From positions 1 through 64,000 of the forward strand of contig CAWBKP010000007.1 of the NCBI GenBank assembly GCA_963789395.1: DNA of 64,000 bases, read 5' to 3'. Below the pieces are notes generated by a model, which worked only from the letters and a program-made list of their open reading frames with translations, had not been told where the DNA came from and did not search any database. The position numbers were made by a program, and so were the translations under genes. This DNA is from an uncultured delta proteobacterium. GTDB lineage: Bacteria > Desulfobacterota > Desulfobacteria > Desulfobacterales > Desulfatirhabdiaceae. Shown piece by piece: positions 20,587-32,371 of this stretch (positions within the stretch are counted from its first letter, which is position 1; each line of letters begins with the position of its first letter).

Positions 20587-20680
20587 CACCCGGTATCCCT
20601 GCTACCTTATTCCATAAAGGAACTTAGGCCAGAAGTTTTGCGTCCCAGCCTTTCGGCTGGTTTGCCTTTACAAAACGAGC
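20587..20680 (-). ncRNA. c-di-GMP-I (GEMM) riboswitch
   Basis: Minus strand AAGGCAAACCAGCCGAAAGGCTGGGACGCAAAACTTCTGGCCTAAG...GGTAGCAGGGATACCG matches the GEMM consensus (GNRA loop plus receptor). It lies about 55 nt upstream of the ATG at 20533. Confidence 0.92.
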
Positions 20681-21269
20681 CTAACGGCTCGATGGGATAG
20701 ACTGGAGCTGGAAGTCTTTTTTTGATTAAAAGTTTCCCAATACCTTTTATTATTGAGAGATGACTTTAGTTTTTTCACCCTCAGCCGATCCCTTTGAGTT
20801 GTTACACGATTTACCCTGATTGCCTGCAATCAAAATTCATGCCAAAATATGAGCTCAAAACATATAAGTTATATCAATCTGGAATATATCAATTTTCGAA
20901 ATATTTTTTGAGATCGGCCGACCGACTTGAATATTATCAATTGGTGTGATTTTGAATTGACCTGTACATAGCCTTCTCGGTCTGCTCCCAACAGCTTGTC
21001 TCAAACATGCTGCATCGGCTCGTTAGATGATATATCCCGGAATAAAAGAGCCAGCAGACCAATTAAACGACTGCTATTTAAATGCAAAATATCGACGGGA
21101 AATGGGTGGGACGGCAGGACATACATAACATATTTAGCTTATGGCGATATTGAGGGGAGTTCTGGGCAGAGTAGTGAACTTGGCAGTTAAAGTTAAACCC
21201 GCTATGACAATCTGAAGACCGGGCAGGAACTGCACGACATCATCGAACAGTCTAGACGGAAAACACTTT

Positions 21270-22832
21270 CTATTCCATCATCAGGTAGGTTTCGGCGTGT
21301 TTCAGATAGCGGTTTATCTGCTCCTTCTGCCAGGCCTCGTCTTTCCCGAGTTCCCCGGCCATCACGCGGGCCACTTCGGGCGCGGCGTCCATGCTTGCCC
21401 GGGCATCCAGGATCAGAGAACGGGTTCTTCTGGACAGCACGTCATCCAGAAAAAAAGCCATCTCACTTCTGACCGCCCATACCACTTCTGAAAAACGGTA
21501 GGGAAGGCGTTCGTGGATGGTTTTATCAAGCCAGGGATCTTTATCTACAAGCCGTTTTATGTATCTGGCGTTATTCCCGTACAATGCGTAAGGAGCGTTT
21601 CCGTCATCGTCCATGGACCAGCCGTTGAGGCTCAGGTTTCGCGTCCGCGATTTTCGCGGATCAAGGCCGCCGACGGGAATTGCGGCATCAATGGTATCCT
21701 CACCCATTTTTCGGTAGGTGGTCCATTTACCGCCGGCAATGGTGATGAGCCCGGAAGGAGATACGTTCAGATGGTGATCCCGCGCCAGGGCAGCTGTGTT
21801 TTTGCTGTTTCCGGTGTTGATCAGGGGCCGGATGCCGGCAAATGCTGAAAGGACATCACCAGCCACCGGATCCTTGGTGAGGTATTTCGCCGCGTGATCC
21901 AGAAGAAAGGACAGTTCTTCCTTGAAGGGAACAGGCTCGAGGACGGGTTTATCGATAGGCGTATCCGTGGTGCCTACGATCACCCGGTCATGCCAGGGCA
22001 CGGCGAAAAGAACCCTGCCGTCTTCGGTATGGGGGACCAGAATCGCTATATCTCCGGGCAGGAAGGATTTGTCCAGAACAATGTGAACGCCCTGACTGGG
22101 AGCGATGATATCTTCATGATCCTTTGCGTCCAGTCTTAAAATGGCATCCACGAAAATACCGGTGGCGTTCACCACTGTCCTGGCCATCACCTCATATTCC
22201 CTGCCAGTCAAGTTGTCGACCGCAACCACACCGCCGACAAGACCGCTTGATTTAATCAGAGATGTCACCCGAGCGTAATTGAGCACGCAGGCCCCCAGGT
22301 CTTCGGCAGTCTGGGCCAGGGTCACGGCCAGTCTGGCGTCGTCAAACTGGCCATCGTAATAGATGACACCGCCTTTCAGATCCCGGGGCTCGAGGGTCGG
22401 CATTTTTTCAAGAACCATTTCCCTTGAAAGCACCGTGGATTTTTCCAGACCCAGTTTTCCCGCCAGCGCATCGTAAACCTTCAGGCCAACCCCATAAAAA
22501 GGCCCTTCCCACCAGCTGTAATTGGGGACCATGAACGACTGATGGTGAACCAGATGGGGGGCGTTTTGCAACAGAAGCCCGCGTTCATGAAGGGCTTCAA
22601 GAACCAGGGAAATGTTTCCCTGCTGAAGGTAGCGGATACCTCCGTGGATCAGTTTGGTGCTGCGACTTGATGTCCCCTGCGAAAAATCCCCCTGCTCGAG
22701 AAGCAGTGTGCTGTATCCCCTGGATGCGGATTCAACGGCAGCGCCGAGTCCGGTCGCGCCTCCGCCGATCACCAACACGTCCCAAATCTTCGATTCCCTA
22801 TCAAGCCTTGCCAGCATTTCACTGCGAATCAT
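21270..22832 (-). CDS. glpD: FAD-dependent glycerol-3-phosphate dehydrogenase/oxidase
   Basis: IGGGATG, GTSSRSTKLIHGGIRYL, DGQFDDARL, GGKWTTYRKM and DVLSRRTR. Confidence 0.93.
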   Translation of the reverse strand: MIRSEMLARLDRESKIWDVLVIGGGATGLGAAVESASRGYSTLLLEQGDFSQGTSSRSTKLIHGGIRYLQQGNISLVLEALHERGLLLQNAPHLVHHQSFMVPNYSWWEGPFYGVGLKVYDALAGKLGLEKSTVLSREMVLEKMPTLEPRDLKGGVIYYDGQFDDARLAVTLAQTAEDLGACVLNYARVTSLIKSSGLVGGVVAVDNLTGREYEVMARTVVNATGIFVDAILRLDAKDHEDIIAPSQGVHIVLDKSFLPGDIAILVPHTEDGRVLFAVPWHDRVIVGTTDTPIDKPVLEPVPFKEELSFLLDHAAKYLTKDPVAGDVLSAFAGIRPLINTGNSKNTAALARDHHLNVSPSGLITIAGGKWTTYRKMGEDTIDAAIPVGGLDPRKSRTRNLSLNGWSMDDDGNAPYALYGNNARYIKRLVDKDPWLDKTIHERLPYRFSEVVWAVRSEMAFFLDDVLSRRTRSLILDARASMDAAPEVARVMAGELGKDEAWQKEQINRYLKHAETYLMME

Positions 22833-23141
22833 GATATTCTCCTGAACCCTCCGGTGAATCCGTGGTGTCATAACGGATATTCCGCATGATCCATTCCTTT
22901 TGACCTGCCCTCTTTCATCGCTCCGTTTCTATTTAACACTTCCCGCAATTCTGCACAACCTGAACCCAAACACTCTTTTTTATGAAATGTGCGATATAAA
23001 ATAAATGTGTACAGAAATTCCTTTATGAAATATGTTCAGCGTTCGGCTTGCCGTTTTTCCGGGCGGACCGGCGATCGGGAACAAGATATGGCATCGCCTG
23101 CCGATTTTTCTGAAAAACAGCAGAGAGGGAACCGTCATTTC

Positions 23142-24575
23142 ATGAAAAAGTGGCTAACAAACTGGCGGCAGCACAGCCGGTACCGTGAAGTGGCCAATGT
23201 GTGCGTCCCGCTTGTCATGGGAACTGCCGCCACCACGATAATGGAGTTCACAGACAGGGTTTTTCTGGCCAATTACAGCCTTGACGCCATCGCTGCCGCC
23301 ATGCCGTCGGGAATCGCCGCATTTTTGTGTCTGGCCTTCTTTGGCGGTGTGGCCGCCTATATTTCCGTTTTTATCGCGCAGTACCAGGGGGCCGGGGCAA
23401 ACCGGCGGATCGGCGCTGCATTCTGGCAAGGCATCTATTTCAGCATGGCTGCCGGCAGTGTTCTGGCCGTATCCTCCTGGTTCATTTCCGGACCGATTTT
23501 TTCGCTTGCCGGGCATCCTTTCCCCATTCAAGTCCTTGAGACCACCTACTTTAAAATATTGTGCCTGGGGTCCGTGTTTCACATCGGCATCCATGCTCTT
23601 TCCGCTTTTTACACCGGCAGGGGAGTAACCCGGCCGGTAATGGTCATTACCTTCATGGGCATGTTGTTCAATATTCCCCTGGATTATTTGCTGATAAACG
23701 GCATCTGGATCTTTCCGGAACTTGGCATCGCCGGCGCCGCCATTGCCACCGTATCCTCGTGGGCACTGATGGCGTTTCTGTTTTCGATGTTGATTTTCAC
23801 CCCGGCCAATGAAAAAGACTATTCGGTAATGACCAGCCGCCGGCTTGACCCCGATCTGTTCAAGCGGCTGATGCAGTATGGCGTTCCCGGTTCGATGCAG
23901 TTCTGTCTGGATGTCTTTGCCTTCACCTTTTTTATTTTCATGGTGGGGCGGATCGGCGCCCTGGAGCTGGCAGCAACAAGCATTGTGCTGTCCATCAGTT
24001 CCATAGCATTCATGCCTGCCATGGGCTTTTCCCTTGGGATCAGCACGCTGGTGGGTCAGGCGCTCGGCAGAAAAAGTCCGGATGAGGCCAGATACGCCAC
24101 CTTCAGCGCCATTCATTTCCTGTTGTTGTACACCCTGATAGTGGATTTATTTTTCATCATTGCACCGGAAAAGGCGCTGTTACTTTTTATGCTTGACGGC
24201 CAGGCCGCCGGGCATACAGCGGCCATCATGGAAATGGGTCGGAATCTGCTGCACATTGTCGCCGTTTATCTTTTCATGGATGCCTTGTACATGAGTTTTG
24301 TCGGGGTGTTAAAAGGCGCCGGGGATACCCGCTTTGTCATGTGGAGTATCGGCGGCGCAAGCCTCTGTTTTATGATTGTTCCGCTTTATATCGGCATCCA
24401 CATACTGAAACTGGGTGTTTTCTATGCCTGGATGTGCGTTCTGGCTTTCATCACTTCCCTGTTTTCGCTGTCACTCTTCCGCTACCGGCAGGGCAAATGG
24501 AAGCACATGCTGGTAACGGAAAACGCACCCCATTTGGGAAAAGAAGCTCAACTGATCAAGCCGGTGTCCTGTTAA
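23142..24575 (+). CDS. MATE family efflux transporter
   Basis: Two repeats of 6 TM helices, FTDRVFL, PELGIAGAAIAT and LKGAGDTRFVM. Confidence 0.9.
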   Translation: MKKWLTNWRQHSRYREVANVCVPLVMGTAATTIMEFTDRVFLANYSLDAIAAAMPSGIAAFLCLAFFGGVAAYISVFIAQYQGAGANRRIGAAFWQGIYFSMAAGSVLAVSSWFISGPIFSLAGHPFPIQVLETTYFKILCLGSVFHIGIHALSAFYTGRGVTRPVMVITFMGMLFNIPLDYLLINGIWIFPELGIAGAAIATVSSWALMAFLFSMLIFTPANEKDYSVMTSRRLDPDLFKRLMQYGVPGSMQFCLDVFAFTFFIFMVGRIGALELAATSIVLSISSIAFMPAMGFSLGISTLVGQALGRKSPDEARYATFSAIHFLLLYTLIVDLFFIIAPEKALLLFMLDGQAAGHTAAIMEMGRNLLHIVAVYLFMDALYMSFVGVLKGAGDTRFVMWSIGGASLCFMIVPLYIGIHILKLGVFYAWMCVLAFITSLFSLSLFRYRQGKWKHMLVTENAPHLGKEAQLIKPVSC

Positions 24576-24793
24576 CTGCTCCATACCCGTTTGACAGGTC
24601 CTGGAACAGGCGGCTGAACACAAGCTTCCTTGCCGATTCTATAACAAACGCGTGACATGGCGTAACCAAATGCATATAATGGAACCGTAGCAGGAACAAA
24701 TTCAGCGGCGTATCTTACGTTCATTTCCCCGCATCTTGCGCGGATGAGTCTAAATTTATTATCAGCCTGAAGAACAACTATCAGTGCATCAAA

Positions 24794-25300
24794 ATGCGAA
24801 TAAGAGAAGCCACTCCCGAAGATCTGTCAACGATTGCGATGCTTGTCAGTGAATCCAATAAAGATGTAGCGCTGAAATTCGGCTTGAACGCCGAGAACTG
24901 TCCCAAGCACCCATCGTTCTGCACGGAAAGCTGGGTCGAAGCCGATCTGGCCCGCAATGCGGCTTACTTTATCCTCGAAGAAAACGCCTTGCCAGTCGGC
25001 TGTGTTTCATACGAAAACCCGAGCTCCGGACTTGCGTATCTGAACCGCCTGTCGGTCCTGCCATCGCATCGCAACCACGGAGCGGGCACCCGTCTTGTTC
25101 AGCACGTCATTCGCCATGCCTTGTCTGCATCAATTCAGACCATCAGCATCGGGGTAATTGGCGAGCACACTGAACTGCAGCGCTGGTACCGCAGGCTCGG
25201 CTTCAAGGACGGCGAAACCAGGCGATTTGACCACCTGCCGTTCTCTGTAAAGTACATGACCTATACGCCCCACGGCAACCCGTTTCCAGCCAAGATCTAA
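24794..25300 (+). CDS. GNAT family N-acetyltransferase
   Basis: MRIREAT..DL, motif A LSVLPSHRNHGAG and WYRRLGF. Confidence 0.88.
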   Translation: MRIREATPEDLSTIAMLVSESNKDVALKFGLNAENCPKHPSFCTESWVEADLARNAAYFILEENALPVGCVSYENPSSGLAYLNRLSVLPSHRNHGAGTRLVQHVIRHALSASIQTISIGVIGEHTELQRWYRRLGFKDGETRRFDHLPFSVKYMTYTPHGNPFPAKI

Positions 25301-25357
25301 CGGAATGCTCCATAACTCAAGAAATGCGTTTATAAACTTGATTCTAAGGAAAGCAAT

Positions 25358-25900
25358 ATGAACAACTGCTTGATATTGATTGATATCCAAAATGATTATT
25401 TCCCCGGCGGTGCTATGGAGCTTGTCGGCATCGAAGAAGCCGCAGCCAACGCCCGGTTTCTTTTGAACGACTTCAGAAAGACAAAATCATCCATCATACA
25501 TGTCCGTCACATTTCCGCTCGCACCGGCTCGACTTTTTTCCTGCCCGAAACCCATGGGGCCAACATCAATCCAATCGTGGCACCAATAGGGGACGAACCG
25601 GTTATTACAAAAAACTTTCCAAACAGCTTCCGCAGTACTCCTTTGCTGGAATTATTGAATAATGAAAAACCGGACAATCTGGTTATCTGCGGCGCCATGA
25701 GCCATATGTGCATAGACGCAACAACCCGTGCTGCATTTGATCTGGGTTTCAACTGCATCGTTGCCGAAGATGCCTGCGCCACAAAAGACCTGATATACAA
25801 AAGCAGAACCATCAAGGCATCGGATGTTCACGCTTCCTTTATGGCGGCGTTATCCGCCCCGTATGCCAAAGTCATTCCAACACGGGAAGTCAGAGCATAA
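25358..25900 (+). CDS. Cysteine hydrolase (isochorismatase family)
   Basis: LIDIQNDYFPGG, K..PNSF and GAMSHMCIDATTR. Confidence 0.92.
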   Translation: MNNCLILIDIQNDYFPGGAMELVGIEEAAANARFLLNDFRKTKSSIIHVRHISARTGSTFFLPETHGANINPIVAPIGDEPVITKNFPNSFRSTPLLELLNNEKPDNLVICGAMSHMCIDATTRAAFDLGFNCIVAEDACATKDLIYKSRTIKASDVHASFMAALSAPYAKVIPTREVRA

Positions 25901-25980
25901 CCCCGTCAAGCCTTGCCAATCACTCAGGCTGGTTTATATTGGTTGATAGGACACCCACTTTAGCGGAAAGGAGAACAGCG

Positions 25981-26148
25981 ATGAACGATGAAAATAAGAC
26001 CCCTGCACCACCTTCGGACCGCAGGTGCCCGGAATGCCGGGCCCTTCTCAAACCGCGTCGTGGCCGTAACCCCGACCCTTGTGATCTGGTCTGCGGTGGC
26101 TGCGGCAAGGAGTTCAACAGTTGCGAGATAGAAAAAGAGCCCGGCTGA
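25981..26148 (+). CDS. Small Cys-rich (zinc-ribbon-like) hypothetical protein
   Basis: RBS AAGGAG; 55 aa with CPEC ... CDLVCGGC ... C. Confidence 0.5.
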   Translation: MNDENKTPAPPSDRRCPECRALLKPRRGRNPDPCDLVCGGCGKEFNSCEIEKEPG

Positions 26149-26181
26149 TCCGGAAATTTATGCCCCGGAACAATTGAAGAT

Positions 26182-26745
26182 ATGAGAGAAGAGCAACCGT
26201 TCTGTGAGATCATTCTCACGGCCTTTGGAGAGATGGGTATTGTCTGGTGGCAGGCAGCGACCGGGCCCCGCATCCGGCAAGCTTTTCTGGATAATGGCCG
26301 ACAGGCTGTAGCGGAAATTGTCCAGCAAAAATACCCCGATGCCCGACAGCTTTCATCTCCAGGGATTGCCGAACTGGGAGATCGGATACAACGCTTTTTG
26401 GCGGGTAATACAGTTGTTTTCGATTTGAAGATGCTTGCCCTGGAAGTATGCAGGCCGTTCCAGCGCAAAGTTCTGCTGGCGGAATATGCTATCCCCCGCG
26501 GCTGGGTCAGCACGTATGGAAAGATCGCCACGCACATCGGGGTGGCTGGCGGCAGCCGGGCAGTCGGCCGGGCTCTGGCGGAAAATCCTTTTCCGATCAT
26601 TATCCCCTGTCACCGTGCGGTAAGGTCGGATGGCGTGATCGGCGGCTATCAGGGAGGCAGTGAAATGAAGCGGGCATTGCTGGCGATGGAGGGCGTGGCA
26701 TTCACGGACAGGGGTACGGTATCGATGCGGCGGGTTTATTATTAA
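26182..26745 (+). CDS. ogt: Methylated-DNA-protein-cysteine S-methyltransferase
   Basis: IPRGWVSTYG, RAVGRAL, active site IIPCHR and GGYQGG...KRALL. Confidence 0.93.
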   Translation: MREEQPFCEIILTAFGEMGIVWWQAATGPRIRQAFLDNGRQAVAEIVQQKYPDARQLSSPGIAELGDRIQRFLAGNTVVFDLKMLALEVCRPFQRKVLLAEYAIPRGWVSTYGKIATHIGVAGGSRAVGRALAENPFPIIIPCHRAVRSDGVIGGYQGGSEMKRALLAMEGVAFTDRGTVSMRRVYY

Positions 26746-26833
26746 ACGGGAAGACAGCCATTCCATCGGTGCAATGGTGATTTCCCCGCAGCGATCATTC
26801 AAATCATCAACCTGTTAGACCCGTTCTGTTCCG

Positions 26834-29174
26834 TCAGGATGCTGCGGCAAATTTTTTGGGAAGCTCGTTGTCAATGACATAGATGCAGACTTCCTTGGCG
26901 CCCTGCTGGGTATAGCGGTATTTGCTGCAGAGATTGGATATCAGGAAGGCAACATCATTTCGAATGCGTTTATCGTAAGTTTTAAAATCATCGCCTTCAT
27001 AGTCCTTGATGGCCATGCGGAAATTCTTGTTGTCCATAAAAGGATCCAGGGCTTTTTCCTTCAGATTGAAAACATAACGCTCGTGCAACGCGTCAAACAA
27101 ATCGGTTTCCGTAATGGGTTTTTCCTCCATCAGGATTTCCTGGGTCAGCGTGCGGGAAGTATATTCCTTTTGAACATCCTTTCGGAACGACTGGCGTCTG
27201 GCCTGAACGGTTTTAGCTCCCAGCAGATGATTTTCAATGCTCCTGAAGAAATCCTCCGTGATTTCAATCCGCTCCCCGGTGTAGGCACAGATTTCCGTGG
27301 TATCCAGCTCGAAATTCACGGCAAACATATAATTCTGGATATCTTTTGAAATCTGCTCTTCGTTGAAATAATAGAGAGATTCCTTGACCTCCTGCAATAC
27401 CGTGTAGTTATACATGTGAAGCAGCGCATCCAGAAACCCGGAAGGGATTGATCTGGCCAGATCCTTTCGAACATTGGTAAAATAATTATACAGGGCGTTC
27501 ATGTTGATGAGGCTGTCTTCTTTCGTGCAGGTGGAATAAAACTCGTTAAAGATCTTGATGGCATCGCGGCCTGAAAAACCGATTATGCCTTCAAATTCAG
27601 ATTCGGCAATGATCTTTCTTCTGCGCTGGGCTGTAAAGCGCTTTCGATCTTCTTCCGTCAGCCATGGCGGAATATATCCGGTATAAATCTCCATTTTCAG
27701 CAGTTGAAGATTGTCGTCACAAAAGAGGCGATATTTTTCAGGGCTTCCGATCCATTCCAGAAGCGCGTCGGACCGGGTTTTAAGCCTGGAGGAAATGATG
27801 ACCCGAGCAAAATTGTGAAGGACTCTGGGAAGGAAGCACTCATCAATGTGTTTGCCGAAAATATTGCGGTAAATATTCACTTCCGTCTGAAGATCCAGAA
27901 CATACGGGATGTTGATATAGGCGATCCGGTCGGAAAAAGATTGAAAGTCCTCAATGTTTTTCTTGTCTTCGGGATTCATGAGTGCGATGAACAGAGAATT
28001 GACATTTTCCTCGATGTCTTCAACCTTGTGAACCGCTTCGCTGATGATATTGTGGAGCTCGATCAGCCGCTCGATGTTGTGCGACTTGATATCCATCAAA
28101 GCGTAAATCCCGTTGTTGGCCTTTGCGTACTGTGAATAAATATACCTGACCTGGTTGCTGTCCTTCAGCAGACTGTTGATGCGGGCCTGCAGCATGGGAT
28201 TGGTCAGGACATTCTGGCGCATGGGCCTGTCACCGGGATTGAATACGGTAATGCCTTCCCCGAGCCTGCGGTTGAACGGATAGGGCCGCGCATAAATCAT
28301 CTCGAAAACCCGTGTCGGGCTTTTCAGTTTTTTAAGCAGCGCCTCGTACAGGGAACTGCAGATGGTGCAGGGGGTGTCATGAAACACCCACTCATATTCC
28401 TTTTCCGTAAACAGGTTCCACTTGAATTCATCATTTTGAAACAAATCGTCCAGAAACCCCCGGCGATAGTTTTTGGGAATCATGAGAATTGGATGATCGT
28501 GGCTCGGACAGGGAACTTCGACAAACGTCTTCTGAGAGGTGCCAGGAAGCATCCCCACCCGAAATTTTCTTCTCTTGCTGCTCACAGGAGTCATCAGATT
28601 CACACGAAGGGTCCGGACCAGCCTGCGAGAAGCGGCTGAGCAGGTGAAGCATCCGATCCATGACCGGCATGCTTTCTGGTTCAGCAAATCCGCCCAGATC
28701 CTTTGATACGAGCCGCCAGACGGTTTCATACCGGAAGCCTTCCTCGGTATTGGTGTATTCCTCGAATTTCTTCAGGAGATTGTTGAGAAACGTGCTTTTC
28801 CCGCATCCCGGCGGTCCGTCGAAAATGTAGATTTTATTCTGCTGCGCCCCACGCTTGAGCGCATCCACCTGATTGATCAGACGATTGGCAAACAACCGGT
28901 CCGCAAAAAACGGGTGATCCGAACCTTCAACAAAGAGCCTGGTGCAATCATAATTGACAAAATTAATCGATTCCGGATCATCCGGGTATTCATCCACGCC
29001 TTCTCCCACATATGTCGTCATCATATCATGAAACACCTGAAAGACATTTCGAAGCACCCTGGAAGGACGCACGGTCATGATTTTGATGAATTCCTGAAAG
29101 GGAATGGGGCCGCGCTGGTCCTGTTCGCTGATGAGCTTATCCAGGTGCTGAAGGGCAAGTTTGATATTTTCCAT
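26834..29174 (-). CDS. PrkA/YeaG-family AAA+ protein, second paralog (frameshift near 28530)
   Basis: Walker A GPPGCGKST. ORFs 28431-29174 and 26834-28729 join at VEVPCPSHDHPIL. KANNGIY and GFSGRDAI are PrkA-like. Confidence 0.8.
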
Positions 29175-29177
29175 ATC

Positions 29178-30833
29178 CTAACCCAGTATTTTTTTGGAAA
29201 GCTTGCGTTTTTCCATGGTATAGAGAATCCGCTGCCACTTGATTTCCGGTTCCGGAAGTTCATCCGGTTTCAGCTTTTTGCCGGCGGCATCGGCTTGCGG
29301 TGCCGGCGGGGATACGGAAATCACTTCACTGGTTTCGAGCTGAACCGGTCCGCCCCAAAGATATTCGATGCCCATCAGCGTATTGGCGATAAATTCCGTA
29401 ACCAGCGGCTTTTCTTCAAACCGGTGATTCAGGTAAAGGGTGTTGTTGATGCGCTTTTCCGGCAGAATTTCAATAAACGGCGGGTGATAGAGCGTATCCA
29501 TCAGCATACTGCGATAGTCCCTCGAGCTTTTCGGCTTTTCACATAATATTCCCAGACCATCCGCTCCTCATTGAGCCGTCTTCCGGCGACAAAAAGCTTG
29601 TTCAAGGTCATGAAATCCTGGTCCACGAATGTATTGATAAACGAAAAATCGCTGAAATTCTCCCGCACATGAAAAATGGATTCCAGGCCTTTGCCTGTTT
29701 TGGCGTCAAAATGGTCCCGCTGGATTTCATTTTCTATTTTCTGAAACAGATACGAAAATTTCCCCTTGTCGGCCATTATCTTCGATATACTGAAAGATGC
29801 GCATGCCAAGCGCATAAGGGTTCAGCCCCACCCGGGGCATGGAGGTGACACCGGCGTTTACTCTGGCAAATTCAACCTCGTGGCTTCGAATCCGCTCATC
29901 CTGAAGATAGAGTTTTTCGTGCCAGTAACTGGCCCAGCCTTCGTTCATGATCTTGGTCCGGATCTGCGGCTGAAAAAACAGGGACGTGTTCCGGACCACC
30001 TGCATGACCTGCTTCATCCACTGGTTCTCTTCCTTGTTGATAAATTCCGAATGTTCCATCAGGTACTGAAGCACATCGGCCCCGCGCTGCGGGTGACTGT
30101 TCCGGCTTTTGGCGAAAAGCGCCTCAAATTCGGGATATTTCCGGGTCGACATCCGAAAAAAACGTCTGCTCTCCCATCTCCCCATATGCCTGAACACAGG
30201 CGTTATAGGCGTCGATTTCCTTTATGAATTCGGGAATTTTAATTTTTCTGACATCCTGAAGAAACACATCGAAATAATAGTCCATTCGGCCGGACTGTCG
30301 TGAAACCGGCGGCCGGTGAATCCGGGAAAGATGATCGAAATAGCCGACCAGGTTATCCAGCCCCGGGAGAATTCGATGACATAATCCACCCACCTGTTTT
30401 TCTCGGCGCGCAGCTTGGCAATGGCGCGTTTGTCCGAGAGGGCCTGGCCGGTAAAATCATCATCCCAGGTATGGCGGAAAAACAGGTTGTTCTGAAAAAA
30501 ATCGATATGGGCCAGCACATGATAAAAAATCATGACATTGAGCCAGTCCGGGTTATTGTCATTATAATAGGAAATGGCCGGCCGGGTATTGATGACGGTT
30601 TCGTAGGGATTGCCGGGATAGAGCTCGTATTTGCCCTTTTCCTTCAGAACTTCGACATCATGCACCCAATAATCATAGAGCGTGGGAATCATGACTTTGG
30701 GGGACAGCTCCAGAAGATCCCGGTTGGTGACGATGTATTCCAGGGTTTCATCCTGAAACCGCAGGCCGGCCTCTCTGGCCCTTTCCTTGCACCCTTCCAT
30801 GATGTTTTTGGTATGCTGATCGATGAGTTCCAT
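29178..30833 (-). CDS. spoVR: SpoVR/YcgB family protein (several frameshifts)
   Basis: Fragments carry YETVINTRPA, HVLAHIDFFQNN, PQIRTKIMNEGWASYWH, NPYALG and YLWGGPVQLET. Confidence 0.88.
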
Positions 30834-30962
30834 GTTTTCCTCATGAATCCAGCTACAGCACGGATTTGCCGGGATCGCTTCCGAACTTTGGATCCCTTGC
30901 TCATGACTTGCGCCTGGCGCTTCGCTGATGCACAATAAAGCCATGTCACGGATATTTTCTGT

Positions 30963-32344
30963 TCAGGAAATCAGGCGTTTGATGCCCTCGATCAGCCGGG
31001 GTTCATCGGCGTCTTTACTCATCGTGTCCAGGCGGATCAAGCTGGCCTTTGTGCTCAGAAGGTCGGATTTTTTCAGATACTGTTCCACTTCCGTTGAGCC
31101 GGATGCGCCGGTAGCCGTGTTCGGCGATGGTAATTCCCACCCGGCTGGTATAGGTCAGCATCTGGTTAATGGCGGGAATCGCCTCTTTGCCGTCGACGTC
31201 CCAGTCATCGCCGTCGGTTCCATGAAACACATAAATATTGTAATCCTGGGCCAGGTTTTCCTTGAGCACGATTTCATTGACCAGCTTGAACGCCGAAGCA
31301 ACCTTGGTTCCGCCGGCGACCTGCGAATTATAGTAGGTATAAAAATCGGGCACTTCCTTGGCTTCGGTATCATGCAGGATAAAGCGGGATTCCACCTGTT
31401 TCTCGTATTGGTAGAGCAGCCAGGAATAAATCATGACATGCTGGGCAGACCACCAGTTCGGTGGGCTTTCCGGACATGGATCCGGAATAATCCCGAAGAA
31501 AAAACACCATGGCCTGGGATTCATAGTCTTTTTCCCGGGAGAGAATCCGGTAAATCTTATCGGCCGGGGATATTAGAAACGAGGCTAAGATCGATATCGG
31601 CGATATCTGGCACATTTCCCAGGTGGATATTGGTTTCCAGAATTCTTCTCAGCGTGGCCTTTTTGTCCAGGAACTGTCCGAAGCCCCGGTGCCTGTCGGT
31701 CATTTCGTAGGTATATCGGGTCAGGGATCGTTTTTTGCCTTTTTCCTTTAAATTGGGCAGTTCAAATTTTTCGGTAAGAATCTTTCCCAGGTCATAAGCG
31801 CTCGATTCCATTTCATGTGGACCGCCTTCTCCCTGACCCGGCCCCGCACCGCTGCCCTGCTGGGGCCTTACCGGCTCCTCCCCGATGACATCGCCTTCTT
31901 CTCCATCACCGGAGCCCCCTGCCGGGGCATCCTGTGAAGATTCCTTGACGTGTTGTCGTGGATCAGTTTTTCTTCAACCGTTGTGGGAACAACCACCACT
32001 TTGTCCTTGCCGCCCCTGCCCGGTTTGATCAGGCGGCCGACCCGGATCTTTCGCGGAAACCCGTCTTTTTCCCGATGCCTGTCCCGTTCCAGAAGATCGT
32101 CGATCGAGCGGAGCTGCATTGGCCATGCAGGTCTGCAGGGCCGGCATATTCTGGAGATCCGGAAGGTCGTGATATCCGTAAACAGTTTCAGGGTGACTTC
32201 GGGACGACGTAGAACCGATCCGGTCATCAGACAGGAGATGATCGTCTCCGGCTGACGAGATTTCTTCAAGCATTCGCTGTTCCTGGTCCTCGGTAAGTCC
32301 TCGGGCCTTTATCTGTTCATAGCTTCAACCAGTTCGGATTTCAT
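30963..32344 (-). CDS. yeaH: DUF444/YeaH family VWA-like protein (several frameshifts)
   Basis: Fragments carry ELPNLKEKG, LDKKATLRR, MIDAS-like RDYSGSM, GGTKVASA and YNIYVFHGTDGDDW, plus a Gly-rich linker. Confidence 0.85.
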
Positions 32345-32371
32345 GAAATCCTGCTCCTGAAGATGGATCGT

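Noticed and set aside
30834..30962. Structured-looking spacer between yeaH and spoVR as an ncRNA or REP
   Set aside because: No second copy in the window and no recognisable RNA family.
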